In this document: one piece after another, positions 7,849-16,988 of the stretch
How positions within the stretch are numbered: the first letter of the stretch is position 1
How the letters are laid out: every line of letters starts with the position of its first letter
From: Verrucomicrobia bacterium UBA6982
Lineage (GTDB): Bacteria; Verrucomicrobiota; Kiritimatiellia; RFP12; UBA3636
NCBI GenBank assembly: GCA_002448475.1
Contig: DJYI01000126.1
Span: 64,214 to 128,213 of the forward strand
Direction of reading: 5' to 3'
Length of the DNA stretch: 64,000 bases
Notes under the pieces: model-generated
Databases searched by the model: none
Told to the model about the DNA's origin: nothing
What the model saw: the letters and a program-made list of their open reading frames with translations, nothing else
Program-made: the position numbers and the translations under genes

Positions 7849-8601
7849 TCACGCGCCCGACGGGCGGATGCCCTGGGCGTCGAGAAATGCGCGCGCCTCG
7901 GGGATGGTAGAGCGGCTGAACGAATCCGGCGGCTCTATGCACAGGACTCGACCGCGCGACAGCAGGGCAATGCGGGATGAAATCGCGAGCGCGCCCTGAA
8001 GGTCGTGCGTGACGACCACGGAAGTGATTCCGAGTCGCGCCGAAAGATCCGCGATCAACGCGTCGATGCGACGGCTCGTGACGGGGTCCAGGCCGCTCGT
8101 GGGCTCGTCGTAAAGGACGATTTCCGGCTGCGTGACGATGGCCCGCGCGAGTCCCGCGCGCTTCTGCATTCCGCCTGAAAGGTCCGCTGGATAGGCGGCT
8201 CCTTCTCCGGAAAGTCCCACCGCCTCAAGCGCTGCGGCAACCTTCTCGGCGATTTCGCGCTCGGTGAGATTCGTCTTTTCGCGCAGCGGAAGCGCCACGT
8301 TGTCCTCGACGTTCATCCATGCCAGAAGCGCCGCGCTCTGGAAGAGATACCCGAAGCGCGAACGGATGCGCGAAAGGTCTCGTCCGGACGCCTCGCTCAC
8401 GCAGTCGTCGCCGATCCACACGCGACCTGAAGTCGGAGTCAGCAGGCGGATCATGTGCTTGAGCGACACGCTCTTGCCCGTGCCGGAAGGGCCGACGATT
8501 GTGAATATCTCCCCTTTGTCGATTTCGTATGAAACGTCGTCCAGCACGCGTTTGCCGCCTGCGAACTCTTTCGTGACGTGCTCGAACCTGATCATTGACA
8601 T
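7849..8601 (-). CDS. mlaF: ABC transporter ATP-binding protein, MlaF family (phospholipid ABC transporter ATPase)
   Basis: MSMIRFEHVTKEFAGGKRVLDDVSYEIDKGEIFTIVGPSGTGKSVSLK…LSGGMQKRAGLARA…VLYDEPTSGLD: Walker A, signature and Walker B motifs, 250 aa. Confidence 0.85.
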   Translation of the reverse strand: MSMIRFEHVTKEFAGGKRVLDDVSYEIDKGEIFTIVGPSGTGKSVSLKHMIRLLTPTSGRVWIGDDCVSEASGRDLSRIRSRFGYLFQSAALLAWMNVEDNVALPLREKTNLTEREIAEKVAAALEAVGLSGEGAAYPADLSGGMQKRAGLARAIVTQPEIVLYDEPTSGLDPVTSRRIDALIADLSARLGITSVVVTHDLQGALAISSRIALLSRGRVLCIEPPDSFSRSTIPEARAFLDAQGIRPSGA

Positions 8602-8619
8602 ATCCGATGCCCTCCGCCC

Positions 8620-9432
8620 CTAGTAGAAAAGTCGCGTGACAAAATACCCGACAACAAGAATCATGAGAAAGTTGGAGACAACGCTGCGCCGCGTCGCGCG
8701 ACCTACTCCGACGGCTCCGTGCGTCGTGCGAAATCCCTCGTAGCACGACACAGTCACGATTATGAACCCGAATAGGAACGCCTTGAAAAGCCCAACCCAC
8801 AGGGCCTTGACGCTCGCGAAGTCCATGGCGTTGCGGAAATAGGTCTCCCACGGGACGGCAAGTTGCGTGTGGCTCACCAGCGCTCCGCCGAGAACCCCCA
8901 GAACGCACGTGTAGAAGGACATCATCGGCACGGCGATGGCCATCGCGGCCATTCGGGGCATGACGAGGAACCGCACGGGGTCGATGTCCATGATTTCCAG
9001 CGCCGCGATTTCCTCGTTCACCGTCATCGTGCCGATCTGCGCGGCCATGGCCGCCCCGACGCTTGCCGCAAGAACGAGGCCGGACATGAATGGGCCCATT
9101 TCGCGAAGCATCGAGGCCATGACCGCGGAACCGGTAAGTCCCTCCTGGTTGTAAACGCGAAGCTCAATGCCAATTTGCAACGCCAGAATCATTCCGATGA
9201 AAAATGCGACGACTGAGACGACCGGGACGCTCTTCACCGCGCAGACATAGAGTTGCCGCACGATTTCGGCTCGTGCGCGCGGCGCGAACGCATGGCGCAT
9301 TGCGGCGACTGAGGCGAAGCAAATCGTCGCCGCGCGGCCAGTCTCGGCGATGCAGGCGATGGTCCGCTGTCCGATGCGCTGCAAGGGGCCGGACGGCACT
9401 GGAAGAATTGGCGCTTCTCTTGTGATCGTCAT
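8620..9432 (-). CDS. mlaE: ABC transporter permease, MlaE family
   Basis: A multi-TM protein with MlaE-like motifs (…FFIGMILALQIGIELRVYNQEGLTGSAVMASMLREMGPFMSGLVLAASVGAAMAAQIGTMTVNEEIAALEIMDIDP…). I chose the ATG at 9432, 2 nt after the lpxC-family stop; the ORF-track start at 9480 would overlap. Confidence 0.85.
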   Translation of the reverse strand: MTITREAPILPVPSGPLQRIGQRTIACIAETGRAATICFASVAAMRHAFAPRARAEIVRQLYVCAVKSVPVVSVVAFFIGMILALQIGIELRVYNQEGLTGSAVMASMLREMGPFMSGLVLAASVGAAMAAQIGTMTVNEEIAALEIMDIDPVRFLVMPRMAAMAIAVPMMSFYTCVLGVLGGALVSHTQLAVPWETYFRNAMDFASVKALWVGLFKAFLFGFIIVTVSCYEGFRTTHGAVGVGRATRRSVVSNFLMILVVGYFVTRLFY

Positions 9433-9434
9433 AG

Positions 9435-10574
9435 TCAGGAATGGGGAACGAGGTGACGCGTCAGCACGATTTTCGAGCACATCCGCACGTCCTGCGTGTG
9501 TCCGGCGCGGAACGAGACGATCGTTCCGGCGAAGCGATGGGGCCCCATGAGCGACACCGCCGCGAGAAGGTCGAGCGTCGCGCGGTGCCAGACTGGTTCG
9601 AGGGAGCGTCCGTTGAACACGAGCTTCGGCTCGTTCAGGTAGCGGCGGCGGCCGTGGATGAGGATGTTCGCCTTGGTGTAGCCGAGATTTCGCGTTTCCG
9701 CAAAAAGCTTTCCGATGGTGCGAGCGTAGTAATACTCCTTGAGCGGGGCGTTTGTTCTGGCCTCCGCGCCGATTCGGAAGGTCTCGGGCGTGACGTCAAA
9801 CACGATGCGCTGCCTGCCGATGACGCTTGCCCAGTCGATGGCGCAGTCAACCCGCAGTCCAAGCTGTCCCGGCCGAGCCGGCAGGAAGGTGAGGAAGTCA
9901 CCGCGAGCGCCGCCGAACGTCAGCGGCTCGTCAACGGTGACGAAGGTCGCGGGAGTTGCCGTTTCGGCTATGCCGACTTTCTCGATCGCCTCGTAGATGT
10001 CCAGATTGCCGCGGTCGAAAAGAGGCGGATCTCCGGAGGCGACGGAGACTTCAACGTCGTCGAGCGCCAGGCCGGTCTTGAACGCGACTATGTGTTCGAC
10101 CATGCGCAGGTAGTTGTGCGGAGACCCGGAGCGGAGGACTATGTTGCGGGCGGTGGTCCAGACGCTTCGCACGTCAACGGCGATGGGGAACTGGTCCGGC
10201 ATGTCGGCGCGATCTATCCACCAGCCGGGGTCGCGCGACGGACCGAATGTGAGGGTCGAGCGTTCTCGTCCGCTGAACGTGCCGGGACCGGAAACGGATG
10301 TGGTGCCGCGAAGCGTCGTGCGGTACATCGGGAACGGATAAGGGCCGTTGTTGAGGCGCACAAGATCGACTGGCTGATCGAAAAAGCGGCGGCGGGCGGC
10401 CTCCACGGCTTCGGCGTCGCCAATGAGCAGTCTTCCGACAGGATAGTCGGCAGGGCGGGGGAGGGGAAAGTCGTTGAGGTTGGTGTCCATGTCAGTTGGA
10501 GTGGCGGGATTCTGTCTGTCTCCGTTTTGGCAGGGAGTTTTTGTTGAGGAAGGAGCCGTGGAACCGAGACGCAT
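9435..10574 (-). CDS. lpxC: UDP-3-O-acyl-N-acetylglucosamine deacetylase (LpxC) family protein with a ~55-75 aa N-terminal extension
   Basis: The LpxC zinc/catalytic motifs align: MVEHIV (E78/H79), WHRATLDLLAAVSLMGPH (H238/D242 region), FRAGHTQD (H265). The N-terminal TTLRGTTSVSGPGTFSG resembles RTLK…GVGLHSG. The first ~70 residues (MRLGSTAPSSTK…MDTNLNDFPLPRPADYPVG…) have no LpxC counterpart. Confidence 0.7.
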   Translation of the reverse strand: MRLGSTAPSSTKTPCQNGDRQNPATPTDMDTNLNDFPLPRPADYPVGRLLIGDAEAVEAARRRFFDQPVDLVRLNNGPYPFPMYRTTLRGTTSVSGPGTFSGRERSTLTFGPSRDPGWWIDRADMPDQFPIAVDVRSVWTTARNIVLRSGSPHNYLRMVEHIVAFKTGLALDDVEVSVASGDPPLFDRGNLDIYEAIEKVGIAETATPATFVTVDEPLTFGGARGDFLTFLPARPGQLGLRVDCAIDWASVIGRQRIVFDVTPETFRIGAEARTNAPLKEYYYARTIGKLFAETRNLGYTKANILIHGRRRYLNEPKLVFNGRSLEPVWHRATLDLLAAVSLMGPHRFAGTIVSFRAGHTQDVRMCSKIVLTRHLVPHS

Positions 10575-10584
10575 GACGCGGCGC

Positions 10585-11616
10585 TCAGCGAATCAGCAGC
10601 GAAACAGCGAGGGCCGCCGCAGCCGCCGCGAGGACTGCGAGCGCGACGCGCCTGGCGCGCGCGGTGCTGAGCGGGGCCATGAGGCGCGCAAGGCGCCTTG
10701 GGGCGGCCGCCGCTCCCTGCGGAGCCAGCGTCGAGGAAACGGAGAGAGGGTCCGGGGCGCGCCCGCGCGGAAACTTTCCGGCGGTGACCGCTTCGACGGC
10801 CGCCGAGACGTCGTCCCAGGACTTGAACCGGTCCTCCGGGCGCTTGGCAAGCAGGCGGCGCAGGAGGGCGACGAAAGGCAGCGAGACGAGCGACGTGGAC
10901 GGCAGGCCGCATTCGGAGGAGACCTGAAGCGGGGGTATCTGAGTGTCTGGAACTCCGTCGAAAAGGCGCTTGCCGGACACGGCGTGGAAAAGCGTCGCGC
11001 CTAGCGAATACATGTCGGCGCGAGCGTCGAGATCCGCATCGCCGCGCGCCTGCTCCGGCGACATGTAGGCGGGAGTGCCGCAGATTTCAAATTCCTCGTC
11101 GGCGCCGGCGTCACCCTCGGACTGAGAAGTCTTGAGAGATCGGCTCAACCCGAAATCGGCGATCTTGACTTCACCCTTGTCTGACAGAAGGATGTTTTCC
11201 GGCTTGAGGTCCAGGTGGACAAGGCGTTGTTTTTTCCACGCGCATCCAAGAGTCTCCGCCACGGACGACGCCAGCGCCAGGGCGTCGGACTCCGACAGGC
11301 GGCCGTTCTCTCGCAGCACGGCGGCGAGGGAACGCCCCTCCACGCATTCCATGGCTATGCAGAACCTGCCACCGGCCTTGAAAACGTCGAATATCTTGAC
11401 AAGACCCGGATGCGAAATCGACGCCGCTGCGCGCGCCTCGTCGCGGAAGCGGTCAACGTCCGCCTGCGTCTTGGCAAATTCCGGCGAAAGAACCTTTAGC
11501 GCGGCCACTCGATCGACGGCGATCTGTCTGGCTCGCCAAACCGTGGCCATGCCGCCGGATCCGAGTTTGTCCAGGCATACCCATCCGGGAATGACCGGAG
11601 GCGTCGAATCAGCCAT
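10585..11616 (-). CDS. Hanks-type Ser/Thr protein kinase with a C-terminal single TM tail anchor
   Basis: GSGGMATVWRA…VAALKV (Gly loop/VAIK), HLDLKPENILL (catalytic loop), DFG, GTPAYMSPE (APE). The C-terminus RRVALAVLAAAAAALAVSLLIR is a TM tail. ATG at 11614-11616 with a purine-rich RBS. Confidence 0.85.
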   Translation of the reverse strand: MADSTPPVIPGWVCLDKLGSGGMATVWRARQIAVDRVAALKVLSPEFAKTQADVDRFRDEARAAASISHPGLVKIFDVFKAGGRFCIAMECVEGRSLAAVLRENGRLSESDALALASSVAETLGCAWKKQRLVHLDLKPENILLSDKGEVKIADFGLSRSLKTSQSEGDAGADEEFEICGTPAYMSPEQARGDADLDARADMYSLGATLFHAVSGKRLFDGVPDTQIPPLQVSSECGLPSTSLVSLPFVALLRRLLAKRPEDRFKSWDDVSAAVEAVTAGKFPRGRAPDPLSVSSTLAPQGAAAAPRRLARLMAPLSTARARRVALAVLAAAAAALAVSLLIR

Positions 11617-12292
11617 TGCCGCGGCCCTTCCCCCCGACCTTGCCCAAGCCGCCGCATTTGCGGCACGGGACGGCGCGGGCGCCTCCGCATTCTGGGCAGG
11701 GCGCGGCCACCGGGGAGTCCTTTGTTCCGCCGCATATCGGGCATTTTTTCTCGGCCGTCTCGCCAGACGGGTGCGTCCGCAGGAGCGTGTCCTCGATCCG
11801 CATCATGGAGCCGCCTTTGGGGGCGGGCCTTGGGCCGGAAAGAGATGGTTTTCCTCCGGAACCGTCGGAAGCGCCCTTCTTCGGGGAAGACCCGCCAGAG
11901 TAGTCGTGAAACGCGCGGTTGGGGCAAAGGACTCGACCGAAGCCCTTGCAGTTGCGACACGCGAATTTCCCCGTTCCACCGCATGCCTTGCAAATTGCCT
12001 GAGGCACCGGGGCCGGAGGAGACTTTTCAGCCTCCGGCTCGGCGGCGGGCGGAGCGCCGCGAACCTTGTCCGCCTCGCGCGGGGCCGGGGGCGGAGGCGG
12101 AATCGGGCGCGCATTTTCCGCCTCCGTCGTGGCGGCTGCGCCGCAGGCCGGGCAGAAGCGGGCGGCTGGGGGGAGTTCGCGCCCGCAGTCGCGGCAAAGG
12201 GCCACAGTCTCGTCCGCGCCGGAGGCGAGGCACAAGGCGGCGGCGAAAAGCGCAAAGCGGACAGCCGTGGAAAAAGACAGGGCGCGTCGCAT
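11609..12292 (-). CDS. secreted Cys-rich zinc-finger protein (N-terminal double zinc ribbon plus two DnaJ-type CxxCxGxG modules, Pro-rich linker)
   Basis: ATG at 12290-12292 with a GGAGG RBS (the ORF-track start at 12313 is TTG). Signal peptide MRRALSFSTAVRFALFAAALCLASG. Motifs: CRDCGRE…CPACG, CKACGGTGKFACRNCKGFGRVLC, CPICGGT…CPECGGARAVPCRKCGGLGKV. Confidence 0.6.
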   Translation of the reverse strand: MRRALSFSTAVRFALFAAALCLASGADETVALCRDCGRELPPAARFCPACGAAATTEAENARPIPPPPPAPREADKVRGAPPAAEPEAEKSPPAPVPQAICKACGGTGKFACRNCKGFGRVLCPNRAFHDYSGGSSPKKGASDGSGGKPSLSGPRPAPKGGSMMRIEDTLLRTHPSGETAEKKCPICGGTKDSPVAAPCPECGGARAVPCRKCGGLGKVGGKGRGNG

Positions 12293-12309
12293 CGTCCGCC
12301 TCCAGAAGA

Positions 12310-14103
12310 TCAAGTGCGCGGGGCCTTGCGGCGGTTGAGACGCGTTTCCTTCGAGACGGGCGGCTCGAACCAGCTTTCGGGAGAAGCGTCCTGAGACGCC
12401 GTTGGCAGAGGCACCGGATCGCGCGTGACGCCAACGGCGCTCTGATACAGGCGATAGCCTGGGCCGGTCGAATGCGGGAGCAGATCCACCATGTCCGGTC
12501 CGCGCCAGATGCCGTAGAAGTCGAGGGAATTGACGTTCTCGAGGACGTGTTTCTGGCTTGCGGCGTGCCTGAACACCGCGACCGCGCCCTTTTTGATCTT
12601 CGGGAAGAGCATGTGGTCCTCCCGCCGCTCAATGCCTATCGGCCGCCCATCGACAGTTCCCTCGTAGGGCGCGCCCATCCACGGAAACACGCGGAGATTG
12701 AGTCGGCAGGTGCGGCGCATCTGGATGCGCATGAAGAAGTCGTTGGGATAGCCGATTTCGACGCGAAGAGAATCCGTTTCGCAGTTAACCGGGAAATTCA
12801 CCGTCACCAGATCCTTCGTGTCCTCCACGGTGTTGCGCCAGCAGCGGAACATGGCGCGCGGGGCCTCCGCCGAGCCGCGTGCGGAGACGAGGCGGGGAGA
12901 GGCGAGGAAAACGAACGAGGGCGAAGTCGCGCCGCAGAACGCGCCGGGAAGCTTTTCGGCAATGCCGACGTAGGTGCGGCGGGGGGTGTCCTTCGGGCGA
13001 GGGGAGGGGATGTCGGAACCGGACGGCACGAACGCGGAGTCGGGAATCTGAAGCTGCGAAAGCTGATTGCGCCAAAGCTTGTTCGCGTCCTCCCAGTATT
13101 CCGGGAAATTGCATTCGACAAGATCCAGGGCGCACTCCAGAAGCGCGGCGGTGCAGGCGGCGTCGCCGCGAAGGTCGCCGGGCAGCTGCCACGCCATGAA
13201 GTCCGGAACCCAGCCGAACGACGACGTGTGGCGGCGGATGAAGTCGTAAAGAGCCTTTGCGCGGGCTACGTATCCGTCGCGCGAAAGAATTCGTCCGAGG
13301 CGGGCCAGGCCGCCGGCGGCGACGAGCGCGGAATGGACTTCGCCCTGAAACTCGGACTTTGCGCCGAACGGATGCGACACGCCGATGGCGTAGTTGCCGA
13401 GACCCATCGCAAGGTCAAGCGCCGCCTCGTCGCCAGTCACGGAGTATAGCGACATCAGCGGATTGAGAAGGGAAAGAATGCGCAGCAGCCCGTCCGAATA
13501 GCCCGTGGCGAGGGCCGGATCGGGCCCATGACCGCGCACGATCACGTCGGAGCGGAACGCGTATGTCGGCTCGTCAAGCGGGATCGGGCCGCCTGGGGTG
13601 AGACGCTGCGTGAGGGACATCACCATGCCGCGAAGGCCGGCAACGAGACCGGAGGCGCGAGTCCGCGCCTCGGAGTCCGACGGATCGGACTCGATCATGC
13701 GGACGAGCGCCGAGAGAACCGGCCGCATCTCCGTGACAACGCAGTAGTCAAATGGCGTGTCCGACCACGGTCGGCGCGGGGGGAAGCGAAGGCCGGTGTC
13801 CTTGTCCCAGCAGGCTGGATCCAGGACGATGGCGCGAAGCGCGTCCTCAACGTCCTTGCCATCGTCCGTTCCGAGCATCGCGCGGGCGCACGAAATGCCC
13901 TCATACCAAGTGGCGGCGTTTTCGGCGTCGTCCTGGCGGGAGTGTTCAGCGAAAGGCGTGGTGATCCAGGGCTGGACCGTGCCATACGGCAGGCAACCGA
14001 GCTTTCGGTCAACCATGCCGGTCAGGAAGCGCAACGACAACGCCGCGTTGCGGAGCGGGTCGAAAGTGCGAAATGAGGCTTTGGGGCGGCGGGCTGGAGG
14101 CAT
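12310..14103 (-). CDS. hypothetical cytoplasmic protein (~598 aa), possibly an (alpha/alpha)-toroid glycoside-hydrolase-like fold
   Basis: Long minus ORF with no signal peptide. The first ATG is at 14101-14103 (the ORF-track start at 14118 is TTG). It is 17 nt upstream of the Cys-rich gene and is the first gene of the operon. No confident family assignment was possible from the sequence alone. Confidence 0.55.
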   Translation of the reverse strand: MPPARRPKASFRTFDPLRNAALSLRFLTGMVDRKLGCLPYGTVQPWITTPFAEHSRQDDAENAATWYEGISCARAMLGTDDGKDVEDALRAIVLDPACWDKDTGLRFPPRRPWSDTPFDYCVVTEMRPVLSALVRMIESDPSDSEARTRASGLVAGLRGMVMSLTQRLTPGGPIPLDEPTYAFRSDVIVRGHGPDPALATGYSDGLLRILSLLNPLMSLYSVTGDEAALDLAMGLGNYAIGVSHPFGAKSEFQGEVHSALVAAGGLARLGRILSRDGYVARAKALYDFIRRHTSSFGWVPDFMAWQLPGDLRGDAACTAALLECALDLVECNFPEYWEDANKLWRNQLSQLQIPDSAFVPSGSDIPSPRPKDTPRRTYVGIAEKLPGAFCGATSPSFVFLASPRLVSARGSAEAPRAMFRCWRNTVEDTKDLVTVNFPVNCETDSLRVEIGYPNDFFMRIQMRRTCRLNLRVFPWMGAPYEGTVDGRPIGIERREDHMLFPKIKKGAVAVFRHAASQKHVLENVNSLDFYGIWRGPDMVDLLPHSTGPGYRLYQSAVGVTRDPVPLPTASQDASPESWFEPPVSKETRLNRRKAPRT

Positions 14104-14388
14104 GACTGCAAACGCCAATTCGGGCGGTGCCGGAATTCTCTCACAAAGTCTATTTCATGGCAATCAAAAAAACATTCTATGTCGCATAATATGGATTCTG
14201 TAAACAATTTGGCAGCCGTCCCGCTGGAAAACCCGCGGTTTTGACAAGACATTCGATTGTTCAGGCAAAACGAGGATTTCGCCCATGAAAAGAAACAGCC
14301 GACGACTCAAACCCCCTAGGGGTATTGTTCAAAACAAAAGGTTCCTTTATCGTCGCCCGCACTTCACGCTCACAGCAGGAACAAAAAA

Positions 14389-16953
14389 ATGCACATAATC
14401 GACTGGCTAATAATGATCATCCCCTTCGCCGGCGTTCTGGGACTGGCGATCTACGCGAAAAAATATGCTCGCGACGTGGTTGACTTTCTTGCTGCGGGGC
14501 GTGTTGCCGGACGCTATGTGATGTGCGTAGGAGACGTTGCGGCCGCTCTTTCCGTCATCACGCTCGTCGCCAACTGCGAACAGACCTACAAGGCGGGTTC
14601 GGCGATGGGCTTCTGGGGCATCATCACGATGCCGCTGGGAATGTTCCTTGGCCTTTCCGGCTACTGCGTCTATCGCTGGCGCGCGTCGCGAGCGCTGTCG
14701 TTCGGACAGTTCGTCGAGATGCGCTACAACAAGAGCTTCCGCATTTTCTGCGCCACGCTGCGCAACTTTTCCGAGATGATCACCAACGCGATCGGCCCGG
14801 CGATCGCGGCGAACTTCTTCATCTACTTCCTGGGGCTTCCGCACAAAGTCCACGTCTTCGGCGTGAATCTTCCGTGCTTCGCAATCATCGTGACTTTGAG
14901 CCTCTTCTTCGCCACGGTGGCGATCTGGCCCGCCGGCCGCATCTCTCTTCTGGTGACCGACACCGTGCAGGCGCTCATGTCCTACCCGATTTTCGTCATC
15001 ATCGCCGGCTACATCTTTTTCAATTTCAACTGGGGCACGGCGATGGAGCCCGTGATGCTCGACCGCGTTCCGGGCGAAAGCTTCCTCAATCCGTTCGACA
15101 TCGCCAAGCTGCGCGACTTCAACATGTTCGCCCTGGGCGTGACGGTCATGGCGACGATACTTCAGCGCGCCTCCTGGTTCGGCAACGACACGACGAATTC
15201 CGGACGCACTCCGCACGAGCAGAAGATGGCCGGCGTGCTTGGTACGTGGCGCAACGGCTTCGCCTACACGATGGTGGGCCTTGTCACTCTCCTCATCATC
15301 ACCGTGATGAACCACGAGGCGTTCGTCATGCCCGGCGTTGACGGCAAATACTCCTCGCGCGGGCAGCGAATCGCCAACTTCTCTTCCCACCGCACCCGCA
15401 TAGAACTCATCAACAAGGTGGCTGCGGAGGCGGTGCCCGATCCCGCTGTTCGCGAGCAGATCTCCGAGGCTCTCAAGAATGTTCCCCCGCCGGTCCACAA
15501 GGCGATCAAGGACCCGGTGCCCGAGTCCATTCGCGAGGAGCACGCCGCATATTTCGCGACCATGCAGGCGCTTGCCACCAATCCGCGCGGCCCTGCGCTC
15601 CCCGAGCCTAGTCCAGAGCTTGCGGCCTATCTTGAGGTCAACATGCCGCTTTCCCAGCTCAAGAACAACGACACTCCCTATATCGACGCCGCACGCGACG
15701 TCATCAACGCCAACATCCCCGAAAATCTGCGCGAGGAGGCCGAGGCTGTCAAGCGCGGCGAGAAGACGCCGTCCCCGGAACTGGCCGCCGTGCAAGGAGC
15801 CAACGCCAAGCAGGCGCAGAAGGTGCGCACTCTCTACGGGCAGATGATGATGCCGGTTGCTCTTCGCCAAATCCTCCCGACGGGCGTAATCGGCCTCTTC
15901 GCGCTACTGATGCTAATGCTTCTCATCTCGACGGACGACTCGCGCATCTTCAACGCCTCCTCCACCTGGGTCCAGGACGTCATCCTGCCGTTCTTCAAGA
16001 AGCCGCCAACAAGCCGCCAGCACATCATGCTGCTGCGCTGGTCGTCCGTCGCCGTGGCGCTGTTCTTCTTCGTCGTGGCCGTGTTCTTCAGCCAGCTCGA
16101 CTACATTAATATGTTCACACAGATCATGTGCGCGGTGTGGCTTGGCGGCGGCGGCACGGTGATGATTTTCGGCCTATACAGCCGTTTCGGCAACATCGTT
16201 GGCGCCTGGGGGTCGATCATATTCGGCTGCGGGTTCTCGCTCTTCGGGCTCATCATGCAGCGCACATGGTCGGCGCACGTCGTTCCGATCCTTGCCAGCC
16301 ATGGTTGGACGGAAGGCGTGTTCCGCTTCTTCGCGAAGCTCGCCTCCCCTCTCAATCCGTGGGTTGATTGGTCTTTCGGCTTCAACTCCGGCGAAAGCAC
16401 TTTGGAGCAGGCGCTGCAGCTCTTCCGCGAAAAGTTCTTCATGAACTCGACGGAAATCTACGGCCTTTCGATGGTTTTGTCGGTTGTCGCCTACTGTGCT
16501 GGCTCGTGGATCGCGCTCAAGTTGGGCTGGTGCAAGTTGTATAACCTCGACAAGCTCCTGCATCGCGGCGAATATGCGGACGAAGCCGAAAAGGCGCGTC
16601 TGGCGAAGGCCGCGACTGTCAAGGTTTCGCTCCTCTCACGCATCGTGGGCATCGACGGCGAATACACGCGCGGCGACAGAATCATCGCGTGGTCGGTCTT
16701 CATCTATTCGATCATCTACCGCCTCTTCTTCGCGTTCATCATGGTGTTCCTCTGGAACATGGCCAGCCCGTGGCCCAAGTCGTGGTGGGGCAACTACTAC
16801 TACATCACGAGCCTCATCATTCCGATGCTGGTCGGGTGCGTTTCGACGGTGTGGTTCCTATGGGGCGGAATCAGGGACGGCATTCAGCTCTTCCGCGACT
16901 TGGACAAGCGCGTCCTTGACGCAGCCGACAACGGCTTCGTGCGCAAGGACTGA
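14389..16953 (+). CDS. sodium:solute symporter family (SSF) transporter with a large hydrophilic internal insertion, 854 aa
   Basis: VVDFLAAGRVAGRYV… and many TM segments typical of SSF. AGGAACA RBS before the ATG at 14389. An AT-rich divergent promoter region lies at 14119-14388. Confidence 0.75.
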   Translation: MHIIDWLIMIIPFAGVLGLAIYAKKYARDVVDFLAAGRVAGRYVMCVGDVAAALSVITLVANCEQTYKAGSAMGFWGIITMPLGMFLGLSGYCVYRWRASRALSFGQFVEMRYNKSFRIFCATLRNFSEMITNAIGPAIAANFFIYFLGLPHKVHVFGVNLPCFAIIVTLSLFFATVAIWPAGRISLLVTDTVQALMSYPIFVIIAGYIFFNFNWGTAMEPVMLDRVPGESFLNPFDIAKLRDFNMFALGVTVMATILQRASWFGNDTTNSGRTPHEQKMAGVLGTWRNGFAYTMVGLVTLLIITVMNHEAFVMPGVDGKYSSRGQRIANFSSHRTRIELINKVAAEAVPDPAVREQISEALKNVPPPVHKAIKDPVPESIREEHAAYFATMQALATNPRGPALPEPSPELAAYLEVNMPLSQLKNNDTPYIDAARDVINANIPENLREEAEAVKRGEKTPSPELAAVQGANAKQAQKVRTLYGQMMMPVALRQILPTGVIGLFALLMLMLLISTDDSRIFNASSTWVQDVILPFFKKPPTSRQHIMLLRWSSVAVALFFFVVAVFFSQLDYINMFTQIMCAVWLGGGGTVMIFGLYSRFGNIVGAWGSIIFGCGFSLFGLIMQRTWSAHVVPILASHGWTEGVFRFFAKLASPLNPWVDWSFGFNSGESTLEQALQLFREKFFMNSTEIYGLSMVLSVVAYCAGSWIALKLGWCKLYNLDKLLHRGEYADEAEKARLAKAATVKVSLLSRIVGIDGEYTRGDRIIAWSVFIYSIIYRLFFAFIMVFLWNMASPWPKSWWGNYYYITSLIIPMLVGCVSTVWFLWGGIRDGIQLFRDLDKRVLDAADNGFVRKD

Positions 16954-16988
16954 CGGAGTCCGGACCTGCGAATCAGGTGTCGAATCAG

